64,000 bases of DNA from Candidatus Limnocylindria bacterium. GTDB lineage: Bacteria > Chloroflexota > Limnocylindria > P2-11E. Below are positions 17,773 through 29,495 of the stretch, piece by piece (position 1 is the stretch's first letter; every line of letters begins with the position of its first letter). The notes below the pieces were generated by a model that did no database searches, was not told where the DNA came from, and saw only the letters and a list, made by a program, of their open reading frames with translations. The position numbers and the translations under genes were made by a program. The DNA lies in contig DATCOD010000077.1 of assembly GCA_036564905.1 (NCBI GenBank), positions 11,363 to 75,362 on the forward strand, written 5' to 3'.

Positions 17773-18741
17773 TCAGGGGGTCATGAACAGCTGCGTGAAC
17801 ATCCGGCCGTACGACCCGGCGGAGATCACGCCGATCCCGACCAGCGTGAACTCGGGCCGGAGGATGTTCTCCCGGTGGCCCTGACTGTCCATGAGCCCGC
17901 GGTGCGCCACGGCCACGGAGTGCGCGTACGCGAGATTCTCGCCGGCACGGCTGTACGTGAGCTTCGCCGCCGCGAGCCGGTCGAACGGCGAGCCGCTCAC
18001 CGGGGACTGATGGCCGAAGTACTTGAGCCGGAACATCTCCTCCGAATGCTGACGGGCGATCGGGACGAGGCGTGGATCGAGCACGAGTGCCGGCAGGCCG
18101 CGCGACGTCCGCTCGTCGTTCAGGAGCTGCAGCATCTCCCGCTCCGCGTCGGGATCCGGTGTGAGGGTGAGCCCATCCGGCAGGTCGAGCGTCTGGCTCT
18201 GGTCGGCGCCGAGCTTCGTGACGAAGAGCGGTGCGCTGTCGTCCGGCGGCCCGGCGAGCGCGCCGAGCGCGGGCTGGACCGCCGCGACCTGCTCGACGAG
18301 GAGCTGTCCGATCCGCGATCCGTCGATCGCGGTGCGCACGTCGTTCCCGACGGGCATGACGAGCGCCGCGGCGAGCGCGACGGCCGCGATCACGAGGGTG
18401 CGGACGACGGACGGGACGATGCCGAACGCGCGGTCCGCCAGGCCGCGGATCCGGTGAGCCTGCACGTGCTTCACGAACGGCCTGATCGCGACCGACCCGA
18501 GCAGGCCGAAGCCGCTCTCGATCACGAGCAGCACGAAGACGAAGCCGAGCGTCCGCGCGACCGGCACGGCCAGGCCGACGTGCGCGAGCAGGGATCCGAG
18601 CGGCCCCTGCAGGACAAGCGCGACGGGGATGGCGACGACCCACGTCACCAGGCCGAAGAGCGTCGCGATGAACCCCGCGCGGATCCCCGCGATCACCGCG
18701 AGGACGCACGCCGCGACGATGAGGAGGTCGACCGCGTTCAC
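17773..18741 (-). CDS. CvpA-family membrane domain fused to a C-terminal CAP (SCP/PR-1/YkwD-like) domain
   Basis: The N-terminal 4 TM segment is CvpA-like (MNAVDLLIVAACVLAVIAGIRAGFIATLFGL...). The C-terminal ~120 aa carry CAP motifs (LLNDERTSRGLPAL, HSEEM, YFGHQSP, GENLAY, MDSQGHRENIL). Confidence 0.75.
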   Translation of the reverse strand: MNAVDLLIVAACVLAVIAGIRAGFIATLFGLVTWVVAIPVALVLQGPLGSLLAHVGLAVPVARTLGFVFVLLVIESGFGLLGSVAIRPFVKHVQAHRIRGLADRAFGIVPSVVRTLVIAAVALAAALVMPVGNDVRTAIDGSRIGQLLVEQVAAVQPALGALAGPPDDSAPLFVTKLGADQSQTLDLPDGLTLTPDPDAEREMLQLLNDERTSRGLPALVLDPRLVPIARQHSEEMFRLKYFGHQSPVSGSPFDRLAAAKLTYSRAGENLAYAHSVAVAHRGLMDSQGHRENILRPEFTLVGIGVISAGSYGRMFTQLFMTP

Positions 18742-18750
18742 GCGCCGAGG

Positions 18751-21636
<2,886 letters not shown>

Positions 21637-22329
21637 CTACACGGTCGCGGCGGGCTGCGCGCGCAGGTCGCGCACCACGAGCCAGAGGTAGATGAGCCAG
21701 ACCGGCAGCGTGACGAGGCCACCGGCCAGGGCGTCGCCGACCCCCTGACGGTAGACGCCGTTCACCGGCGGCAGGATCAGATACGAGAGCGCCTGGTAGA
21801 TCCCGGTGGGCAGCAGGATCACGGTGGTCAGGCCGAAGACCACGGTCCCCAGCATCAGGTAGCCGCGGCGCAGCCCCGAGGACCCGTCAGGACCTATCAC
21901 CCCGCGCCGCGCCATCCAGTGGGCGCCCCAGAACAGCGCGCCGAACACCGCGAAGGTGAGGCCGCGGATGAGATCGTCCGCGCGGCGGCGCTCGTTCTCG
22001 CGGAGCCGCTGCTGGGTGAAGTCGGGCTGGTCGCTCGGGACGCACTTCAGGTTGGCGTCCCCCGTCGGCGGGCAGGGTGGAACGGGAACGATCGCGGACG
22101 AGTCGCCGTACACGAAGGCGTCGCCGAACGTGGCCGCGAAGCCGGCGTTGAGGATCCCGGAGAGACCGACGACGAACACGACGATCCCCGCGAGCGACGC
22201 GATGTAAAGATAGACGCGGACGAGCGATCGAGGCGTCCAGTCGACCCCTCGCCCGCCACGGATGACGAGCGCGATGGCACCGACGATCGCGCCCACGATC
22301 GCGACAGCCGCGAGCACTCCGAGCACCAT
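21637..22329 (-). CDS. hypothetical 4-5 TM membrane protein embedded between uvrB and uvrA
   Basis: The 230-aa product has an ATG overlapping the uvrB stop (ATGA), and its TAG stop abuts the uvrA ATG. There is no recognisable domain. A central loop ([21 protein letters not shown]) contains cysteines. Confidence 0.6.
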   Translation of the reverse strand: MVLGVLAAVAIVGAIVGAIALVIRGGRGVDWTPRSLVRVYLYIASLAGIVVFVVGLSGILNAGFAATFGDAFVYGDSSAIVPVPPCPPTGDANLKCVPSDQPDFTQQRLRENERRRADDLIRGLTFAVFGALFWGAHWMARRGVIGPDGSSGLRRGYLMLGTVVFGLTTVILLPTGIYQALSYLILPPVNGVYRQGVGDALAGGLVTLPVWLIYLWLVVRDLRAQPAATV

Positions 22330-24446
22330 CAGATCCCTCTCCGTCGCCGGACGGCACGCTTCGCCGTCTTCGGCGCGCCGGCAATCATGCTCTCCGGACC
22401 CTTCTCGAGCACCTGGATGCCGCGCAGCTGCACGACCTCGTCCCGGATCGCGGCCGCGCGCTCGAACTCGAGCTGCTTCGCGGCCTCTTTCATCTGCAGC
22501 TCGAGATCCTTGATCAGCCGAGCGAGCTCGTCGGGCGGCATCTCGCCGGCGCCGACCGGGCGGCCACGCTTCTCGTACTCGCCCTCGACCTCGGCCACCT
22601 GCCGCAGCCGCATCCCGACCTCGCGGATCGCCTTCATGATGCTGGTGGGCTCGATGCCGTGCTCCCGGTTGTAGGCGATCTGCAAGTTGCGCCGGCGCTC
22701 GGTCTCGTTGATCGCCTTGTCCATCGATGCGGTCCGCCGGTCCGCGTACATCACGACGCGACCTTCGACGTGCCGCGCGGCCCGGCCGATGACCTGGATG
22801 AGCGAGCCTTCCGAACGGAGGTACCCCTCCTTGTCCGCGTCGAGGATCGCGACCAGCGTCACCTCCGGAAGGTCGATGCCCTCCCGAAGCAGGTTCACGC
22901 CGACGACGACGTCGTACACGCCGAGCCGGAGGTCACGAAGGATCTCCACCCGCTCGATCGTCTCGATCTCCGAGTGCAGGTAGTGGACCTTGATGCCCAT
23001 CTCGCGGAGGTAGTCGGCGAGGTCCTCCGCCATCTTCTTGGTCAGCGTCGTGACGATCGACCGCTGGCCGCGCTCCACGCGGAGGTTGATCTCGCCCAGG
23101 AGGTCGTCGATCTGCCCGTCGGTCGGCCGGATGTCGATCTCGGGATCGACCAGTCCGGTCGGCCGGATGATCTGCTCGACCAGGACGGGCGTGCGCTCGA
23201 GCTCATACGGGCCCGGCGTCGCGGACACGAACACCGTTTGGTCGAGCCGGTCCTCGAATTCCTTGAAGGTGAGCGGACGGTTGTCGAGCGCGCTCGGCAG
23301 CCGGAACCCGTACTCGACCAGGATGTCCTTGCGTGCCTTGTCCCCGAAGAACATGCCCCGAGCCTGGGGGATCGACATGTGCGATTCGTCGATGAACATC
23401 AGAAAGTCCGGCGGGAAGTAGTCGAGCAGCGTCCACGGACGGCTGCCCGCGGGGCGGCGGGACAGGTGCCGCGAGTAGTTCTCGATGCCATGGCACGTGC
23501 CCGTCTCGCGGAGCATCTCGAGGTCGAAGTTCGTGCGCTGGAGCAGGCGCTGAGCCTCGAGCAGCCGGCCGGCGTCCTGGAGCTCCTTCGTACGCACCAT
23601 GAGCTCCGCTTCGATGTCACGGATCGCCTCGTTGAGCTTCTCGCGTGGCGTGACGAAATGGCGGGCCGGGTAGATATCGATCCGGTCGCGCTCGGCAAGC
23701 ACCTCGCCGGTCAGCGGGTCGAGCTCGGTGATCCGCTCGATGAGGTCGCCGAAGAACTCAACGCGCACCGCAAGATCCTCGTACGCCGGATGCACCTCGA
23801 GCGTGTCGCCGCGCACCCTGAACTTGCCGCGCACGAAGCTCTGATCGTTCCGTTCGTACTGGATGTCCACGAGGTGGCGCAGAACGGTGTCGCGGCGCGT
23901 CCGCTCGCCCTTGACGAGCCGCACCGTGACCGCGCCGTAATCGACGGGCGCGCCGAGCCCGTAGATGCACGAGATCGAAGCGACGATGATCACGTCCCGC
24001 CGCTCGAACAGCGCACGCGTCGCCGCGTGGCGCATCTTGTCGATCTCCTCATTGCGCGAGGAGTCCTTCTCGATGTACGTGTCGCTCCGCGGCACGTAGG
24101 CCTCTGGCTGGTAGTAGTCGTAATACGAGACGAAGTACTGGACCGAGTTGTTCGGAAAGAACTCCTTGAACTCGCCGTACAGCTGCGCGGCGAGCGTCTT
24201 GTTGTGGGCGAGCACGAGCGCGGGCCGTCCGGAGTCGGCGATGACCTGGGCCATCGTCACCGTCTTCCCTGAGCCGGTGACGCCCCGGAGCGTCTGCCAC
24301 TTGTCGCCGCGGGCGAGGCCCGCGCTCAGCTGGGCGGCAGCCTCCGGCTGATCTCCGGCGAGGGGCCACGGCAGGACGAGCTCATAGGCCGCCCGCCCCG
24401 ACGGGCGATCGAGGGGAACCTGGAGGATCTCGCTGGAGGTGCTCAC
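22329..24446 (-). CDS. uvrB: excinuclease ABC subunit B
   Basis: The 705-aa product has helicase motifs (GVTGSGKT), a beta-hairpin and a C-terminal UvrB/UvrC interaction domain. It starts at a GTG. Confidence 0.95.
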   Translation of the reverse strand: MSTSSEILQVPLDRPSGRAAYELVLPWPLAGDQPEAAAQLSAGLARGDKWQTLRGVTGSGKTVTMAQVIADSGRPALVLAHNKTLAAQLYGEFKEFFPNNSVQYFVSYYDYYQPEAYVPRSDTYIEKDSSRNEEIDKMRHAATRALFERRDVIIVASISCIYGLGAPVDYGAVTVRLVKGERTRRDTVLRHLVDIQYERNDQSFVRGKFRVRGDTLEVHPAYEDLAVRVEFFGDLIERITELDPLTGEVLAERDRIDIYPARHFVTPREKLNEAIRDIEAELMVRTKELQDAGRLLEAQRLLQRTNFDLEMLRETGTCHGIENYSRHLSRRPAGSRPWTLLDYFPPDFLMFIDESHMSIPQARGMFFGDKARKDILVEYGFRLPSALDNRPLTFKEFEDRLDQTVFVSATPGPYELERTPVLVEQIIRPTGLVDPEIDIRPTDGQIDDLLGEINLRVERGQRSIVTTLTKKMAEDLADYLREMGIKVHYLHSEIETIERVEILRDLRLGVYDVVVGVNLLREGIDLPEVTLVAILDADKEGYLRSEGSLIQVIGRAARHVEGRVVMYADRRTASMDKAINETERRRNLQIAYNREHGIEPTSIMKAIREVGMRLRQVAEVEGEYEKRGRPVGAGEMPPDELARLIKDLELQMKEAAKQLEFERAAAIRDEVVQLRGIQVLEKGPESMIAGAPKTAKRAVRRRRGI

Positions 24447-24466
24447 CGGTGGCCATTTCCATTCTA

Positions 24467-24478
24467 GAACGCGTGTTC
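24467..24478. promoter_or_regulatory. Cheo/SOS box GAAC-GCGT-GTTC (LexA operator, Gram-positive type), about 20 nt upstream of the uvrB start, in the divergent uvrB/tadE intergenic region
   Basis: The sequence ttcTAGAACGCGTGTTCGAACgg is a perfect GAAC-N4-GTTC palindrome. It differs at one position from the mycobacterial consensus TCGAAC-N4-GTTCGA. uvrB is a canonical SOS gene. Confidence 0.6.
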
Positions 24479-24639
24479 GAACGGGCGAGCGGCTGGGACG
24501 GCTCCCTCGATGCTACCGAACAGCGCACCATCCGGCGGGCGCGCCGAATATCGGGCGCGACCGTTCTACTGACAAAGGACCTATTGACGCTCCGGAACGT
24601 GCGTTCCTAGGGTTCCACGAAAAGGGGAAGGCGAGCGGA

Positions 24640-25239
24640 GTGCACCGTCTGCGCGGGTTCCACGAGGCCGACGAGGGCCAGAACCTGGTCGAGTTCGCGC
24701 TGCTCCTGCCGATCCTCATGTACATCCTCATGGGGATCATGCAGTTCGGCCTGATCTTCGCCGTGTATCTGACCCTGAACAACGCCGTGCGCGAAGGCGC
24801 CCGGTGGGGCTCGGTCTACGTCTACGACAACAACCAGACCCAGGCCCAGAACGACACCGCCCGGAACAACGGGTTCCTCGACCGCCTGGTCGACGCCAGG
24901 GGAGTCCTGTCGATGAACCGGACGGGCAGCACGACGAACTTCGCCGCCGGCACGACCTGGTCGACCGGCGTCACGAGCTCCGGCGCGGGCGCGGCCTGCC
25001 TCGTCCCGAGCGGGACGACGCTCGAGAAGTGGTTCGACAACGGTGACACCCTCGTCTGCTACGACTACACGACGGCCGACGGCGCGAACACGACCCGCAA
25101 GGGCTACTTCATGTACGTCGAAAGCTATTACCACCTGCAGGTGTTCATGCCCCTGCTGCAGCCATTCCTGCCGAACGACCCGACCAAGGGCGCGTCGTGG
25201 ATCCGGCTTCCCGGACGGATCACGGTCGTCATCAACTAA
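24640..25239 (+). CDS. TadE/TadG-like Flp pilus assembly protein
   Basis: The GTG at ~24640 is preceded by an AAAGGGGA Shine-Dalgarno. The product VHRLRGFHEADEGQNLVEFALLLPILMYILMGIMQFGLIF carries the TadE N-terminal motif. The upstream 67 codons of the 266-aa track ORF are not protein-like. Confidence 0.65.
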   Translation: MHRLRGFHEADEGQNLVEFALLLPILMYILMGIMQFGLIFAVYLTLNNAVREGARWGSVYVYDNNQTQAQNDTARNNGFLDRLVDARGVLSMNRTGSTTNFAAGTTWSTGVTSSGAGAACLVPSGTTLEKWFDNGDTLVCYDYTTADGANTTRKGYFMYVESYYHLQVFMPLLQPFLPNDPTKGASWIRLPGRITVVIN

Positions 25240-25278
25240 CCTTCCCGGCAGCAGCGAACTACAAGGAGAGGAAGGACT

Positions 25279-26064
25279 TTGGAAGACCGCTCGCGGCGGC
25301 GCGCCCGCCTCGTTCTGATCGTCGGCCTCCTGATCGCGGTCCTGGCCGGTGCCGGGACGTTCGTGCTGAGCTCCGGCTCGAAGACGGCGGCGCCCCCGCC
25401 GGTACCGACGACCGACGTGCTCGTCGCTTCGCATGACATCCCATCGCGGACCGCCCTGACGGCGGCGGATCTCAAGGTCCAGAAGTACCCGACCGATATC
25501 GCGCCGGTGGCGGCGCTGAAGAAGCCCGAGGACGTCATCGGCAAGATCGTCCAAGTGCCGATCAGCGCGGGCGAGCCGATCCTGCCGACGAAATTCGCGG
25601 CCGCGGGCGCCGCGACGTTCACGGTGTTCCCCCTGAACGCCCAGCCGGTGGCCGGTCAGCCGATCCCGGCGGGCACCCCTGACTATCGCGCGATCTCGAT
25701 CACCGTCGCGGACGCGAACGCCGCGGGCGGCGCCGTCGCCGTCGGCGACATCGTCGACATCATGTTCACGTTCCAATTCGATCCGACCAAATTCCTGAGC
25801 GGCACGGACCCGAACCGGATCCCCGACTTCTCGTCCAAGATCGTCCTGCAGAACGTCGTGGTCCTCGCCCGGTTGGCCTCCGTGTACACGATCCGCACGG
25901 ACGCGCAGACCGCGGAAAAGATCGCGTATCTCAACTCGGCCGGCGGGACGCTTCAGATGCTCCTCCGTGCGGCCCAGGACCAGCGTCAAGTGACGACGAC
26001 CGGTGCGACCTTCGGCGACGTCTACAAGTTCGGGATCAAGGTGCCGACGAAGACGGCCCCTTAG
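25279..26064 (+). CDS. cpaB: Flp pilus assembly protein CpaB/RcpC (SAF domain)
   Basis: It has an N-terminal TM segment followed by VLVASHDIPSRTALTAADLKVQKYP (SAF domain) and a C-terminal CpaB beta-domain. Its 3' end overlaps the convergent coaE by ~28 nt. Confidence 0.75.
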   Translation: MEDRSRRRARLVLIVGLLIAVLAGAGTFVLSSGSKTAAPPPVPTTDVLVASHDIPSRTALTAADLKVQKYPTDIAPVAALKKPEDVIGKIVQVPISAGEPILPTKFAAAGAATFTVFPLNAQPVAGQPIPAGTPDYRAISITVADANAAGGAVAVGDIVDIMFTFQFDPTKFLSGTDPNRIPDFSSKIVLQNVVVLARLASVYTIRTDAQTAEKIAYLNSAGGTLQMLLRAAQDQRQVTTTGATFGDVYKFGIKVPTKTAP

Positions 26065-26653
26065 CCCTCCTGATCTCCGACCACGCGATGGCGACCGCGG
26101 CGCGCAGTGCGTCGCGGTCGCCGTCGTTTTCGATCACGACGTGCGCGGCACCGCGGAGCTCCGGTTCGCTCGCCTGCGCCGCAAGTCGGGCCGTGACCCC
26201 GGCCTCGCTCATTCCCCGCGACGCAAGCCGCGCCAGCAGCTGGTCGCGCGCCGCGAGCACGACCCAGATCCGATCGCAGACGCTCCGAAGGGACGTCTCG
26301 ACGAGCTTGATCGCCTCCACGACGAGGACCTGATCGTCGGGAACCATCTTGCGCGCCTCGAGGATCCGCGCGATGACCCGCGGATGCAGGATCTTCTCGA
26401 GCTGCTCGAGCCGCCGTGGATCGGCGAACACGATGTCCGCGAGCTTGCGGCGATCGATCTCCCTGTCCTGGCCGAGCACCTCGGTGCCGAACTGCTGGAC
26501 GATCGCGCTGTAGCCGGTCGTGCCGCGGCTCTGCTCGTCCCGGGCGATCGCGTCCGCGTCGAGGACCCGCGCGCCGAGCTCGCGGAGCATTCCCGCGACC
26601 GTGCTCTTCCCCGCGCCGATCGGACCCGTGAGCCCGATCACGAACGCGCTCAT
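26036..26653 (-). CDS. coaE: dephospho-CoA kinase
   Basis: The internal ATG at 26653 gives MSAFVIGLTGPIGAGKSTVAGMLRELGARVLDADAIAR. Its ATG overlaps the ABC-F stop. Confidence 0.9.
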   Translation of the reverse strand: MSAFVIGLTGPIGAGKSTVAGMLRELGARVLDADAIARDEQSRGTTGYSAIVQQFGTEVLGQDREIDRRKLADIVFADPRRLEQLEKILHPRVIARILEARKMVPDDQVLVVEAIKLVETSLRSVCDRIWVVLAARDQLLARLASRGMSEAGVTARLAAQASEPELRGAAHVVIENDGDRDALRAAVAIAWSEIRRAKGPSSSAP

Positions 26654-28614
26654 TCCGCCTCGCTCGATCCGGCGCTCGCGGACCACTCCTCGTAGAGCGC
26701 GCGGAGCGCCACCTCGAGCTCCGCATGCTCGGAGCCGAGCTGACGGGTCTCCATGAAGTTCCCAGACTGCGCGACGTCCTCGAGCTTCTTCGCGAGCTGC
26801 GCGAGCTGTAGCTCCATCGCCGCGATGCGGGCTTCGAGCGCCCTGACGCCTTCGACCTTGCGGACACGCGACGCGGTGCGCCGCGGCGCCGGACCCGACC
26901 GTTCCGCGCGGGCCGGACGAGCCAGCGGCCGCGACGGCTTCTGCGGCTTCGCGCGCGCCGGTGTGACGACCGGCCGGCCGCGCGTCATGAGCGCGGTCGT
27001 GTCCGGATCCGGCAGCGCGCGGCCCTCGTCGCGGGCCTTCTCGAAGGCGGTCCAGCCGCCTGCATAGCGCTTCAGGCCGCCATCCTGGATGTCCCAGATC
27101 TCGCTGGCGAGCTTATCGATGAAGTAGCGATCGTGCGAAACGAACAGCAAGGTGCCTTCATAGCTTTGGAGCACCACCTCCAGCTGCTCGCGCGCGGCCA
27201 GGTCGAGGTGGTTCGTGGGCTCGTCGAGCACGAGGAGATTGGCCTCGCGCGCCGAGAGCCGCGCGAGCGCGAGCCGCGAGCGCTCGCCGCCGGACAGCAC
27301 GCTGACCGACCGAAACACGTCCTCGCCGCGGAACAGGAACCGCGCGAGGAGGTCCCGGGCGCCGCGCTCGTCGAGCCCGGTCGCCTCGCGAAGCGCCTCG
27401 AGCACGGTCTCATCGCCGGTGAGCTCGGCCTGGGCCTGGGCCAGGAACGCCACGCGTGCGGTCGGCGCGCTGGACACGTACCCCTCGAGCGCCGGCAGCT
27501 GGCCGACGAGCGTCCGCACGAGGGTGGTCTTCCCCGCCCCGTTCGCCCCGACGACCGCGGTGCGCGCGCCGCGCTCCACCCGCAGCGGCGGGGTCCGCAC
27601 GACGACGCGTTCGCCGTGTCCGACGGCGAGCGGCGTCGACTCGAGCACCGTCGCGCCGGCGAGGTGCGCGGCCTCGAGGCTCCAACGGTGCTTCGCCGTC
27701 CCCAGCGGCGCCTCGATCCGCTCGAGGCGCGCGAGCTGCTTCGCCCGGCCGCGTGACTGCTTCGAGCGCTGACCGGCACGGAACTTGTCGATGTACTCCT
27801 CGGTCCGCGCGATCTCCTGCTGCTGCCGGTCCGCGGCGCGGGTCAGCGCCGCATCACGTTCCGCGCGCTGGCGCGCGTACTGCGAGTACCCACCGCGGTA
27901 CTCGATCACCTTCGATCCCTGTGCCGCCGGCTCGAACGACAGCGTCCGCGACGTGACCTGGTCGAGGAACCACCGGTCGTGCGAGGCGACCAGCACCGTG
28001 AAGTCCTGCTCCACGATGAACTTCTCCAACCACTCGAGCGCGGCGACGTCGAGATGGTTCGTCGGCTCGTCGAGCAGCAGGAGGTCCGGGTCGTCCAGGA
28101 GCAGTCGCGCGAGGCCAAGGCGAGTCCGCTCACCGCCCGACAGGGTGCGGACCTCGCGGTGGCGAAGTGCATCGAGGCCCAGGCCCGAGAGCACGCGGCC
28201 GAGGGTCGCCTCGAAGTCGTAGCCGCCGGCGTGCTCGAAATGGTGCTGCGCGTCGGCATAGCGTTCGAGCAGCTCCGCGTCGCCGCTGGCGAGCTCATGC
28301 TCCATCGCGCGTAGCTCGGTCTCCAGCTCCGTCAAGTGCGACGCTGCCCCACGCGCGTGCGTCTCGACCGTCCCGTCGACGTCGACGAGCAGCTCCTGCT
28401 GCAGGAACCCGATGCGCGTTCCGCGCGCGAGCGCGATCGCCCCGCTGTCCGGCGAGTCGAGGCCCGCGACGATGCGGAGCAGCGTCGACTTGCCGGTGCC
28501 GTTCGGTCCGATCAGGCCCGCGCGGTCACCGCTGGCGAGCCGGAAGCTCACGTCGCTGAACAGGACTCGGTCCGCGAACCGCCGGCCGGCTGCCTGGACG
28601 GAGAGGACGCTCAC
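26650..28614 (-). CDS. ABC-F family ATPase (Uup/EttA-like, two ABC cassettes plus C-terminal coiled coil)
   Basis: The GTG at ~28614 gives VSVLSVQAAGRRFADRVLFSDVSFRLASGDRAGLIGPNGTGKST. It has two Walker A/B plus LSGGE signature sets and no TM domain. The 220-codon upstream extension in the track ORF is Arg-rich junk overlapping fpg. Confidence 0.85.
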   Translation of the reverse strand: MSVLSVQAAGRRFADRVLFSDVSFRLASGDRAGLIGPNGTGKSTLLRIVAGLDSPDSGAIALARGTRIGFLQQELLVDVDGTVETHARGAASHLTELETELRAMEHELASGDAELLERYADAQHHFEHAGGYDFEATLGRVLSGLGLDALRHREVRTLSGGERTRLGLARLLLDDPDLLLLDEPTNHLDVAALEWLEKFIVEQDFTVLVASHDRWFLDQVTSRTLSFEPAAQGSKVIEYRGGYSQYARQRAERDAALTRAADRQQQEIARTEEYIDKFRAGQRSKQSRGRAKQLARLERIEAPLGTAKHRWSLEAAHLAGATVLESTPLAVGHGERVVVRTPPLRVERGARTAVVGANGAGKTTLVRTLVGQLPALEGYVSSAPTARVAFLAQAQAELTGDETVLEALREATGLDERGARDLLARFLFRGEDVFRSVSVLSGGERSRLALARLSAREANLLVLDEPTNHLDLAAREQLEVVLQSYEGTLLFVSHDRYFIDKLASEIWDIQDGGLKRYAGGWTAFEKARDEGRALPDPDTTALMTRGRPVVTPARAKPQKPSRPLARPARAERSGPAPRRTASRVRKVEGVRALEARIAAMELQLAQLAKKLEDVAQSGNFMETRQLGSEHAELEVALRALYEEWSASAGSSEAE

Positions 28615-29495
28615 CGCGCCACTCGCGCGCGCGGCGCGCGCTGGCAGCGCGGGCAGTGGTACGTGCTGCGCGCACCGATCACGGTCCGGCGGATCTGCGC
28701 GCCACAGCGGTCGCACGGCTCGTCCGCGCGGTCGTACACGACGAACTCGTGCTGCATGCCGCCCTGACCGCCGCTGCTGTCGCGGTACGTGCGCAGCGTC
28801 GAGCCGTGGAGGCGGATCGCCTTCTTCAGCACCCACGTGATGGCCTCGTGTAGCCGCGCGGCCTCCTCCGGCTTCAGCGACCCGGCCGCGCGGAGCGGGT
28901 GGATGCGCGCGCGCCAGAGCGCCTCGGAGGCGTAGATGTTGCCGATGCCCGCGATGCCGCGCTGATCCAGCAGCAGCGGCTTGATCGCCGCCCGGCGACG
29001 ACGGCGCAGGAACGCCCGCAGCCACGCGACGGTGAACGACCGCCCGAGCGGCTCGCGGCCCATCGCCAGGTGCAGCGGCGCCTTCAGGGTCCGCTCGCCG
29101 CCCGCATCGTCCGCGACGATGTCGGCGAGGTCCACGAGCGTCATCCGCCCGAGCTTGCGCAGGTCGACGTAGTCGAGCCCGGTCCCGTCGGTGAACGTGA
29201 ACGTCGCGCGCGTGAAGCGCTCGGGCGCTCCCCGGCCCAGCTCCCGGAACGCGAAGCGCCCGGTCATCCGCAGCGAGGTGCACAGCGCGTCGCCTCCGTC
29301 GAGCGCGAACACCACGAGCTTGCCTCGGCGGCGGACGGCCTCGATGCGACGGCCGGCGAGCCGCGCGGCAATGAGCGGAACCGGCTCGGGCTCGGTGATG
29401 CGCTCCCAGTCCGACGCGAAGGACCGGATCGTCCGACCGGTCACCCGCTTCGCAAGCTGACGCGCGATCGTCTCGACCTCAGGGAGCTCAGGCAT
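28611..29495 (-). CDS. mutM: formamidopyrimidine-DNA glycosylase
   Basis: It begins MPELPEVETIARQLAKRV (catalytic Pro2/Glu3) and has an H2TH and a C-terminal CxxC...CxxC zinc finger. Confidence 0.9.
   Translation of the reverse strand: MPELPEVETIARQLAKRVTGRTIRSFASDWERITEPEPVPLIAARLAGRRIEAVRRRGKLVVFALDGGDALCTSLRMTGRFAFRELGRGAPERFTRATFTFTDGTGLDYVDLRKLGRMTLVDLADIVADDAGGERTLKAPLHLAMGREPLGRSFTVAWLRAFLRRRRRAAIKPLLLDQRGIAGIGNIYASEALWRARIHPLRAAGSLKPEEAARLHEAITWVLKKAIRLHGSTLRTYRDSSGGQGGMQHEFVVYDRADEPCDRCGAQIRRTVIGARSTYHCPRCQRAPRARVAR

Noticed and set aside
24439-25239. TadE-like gene as the full 266-aa track ORF
   Set aside because: The first ~67 codons are not protein-like and would start inside the uvrB/SOS-box region. 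A GTG at ~24640 with a good Shine-Dalgarno gives a normal-length TadE protein.
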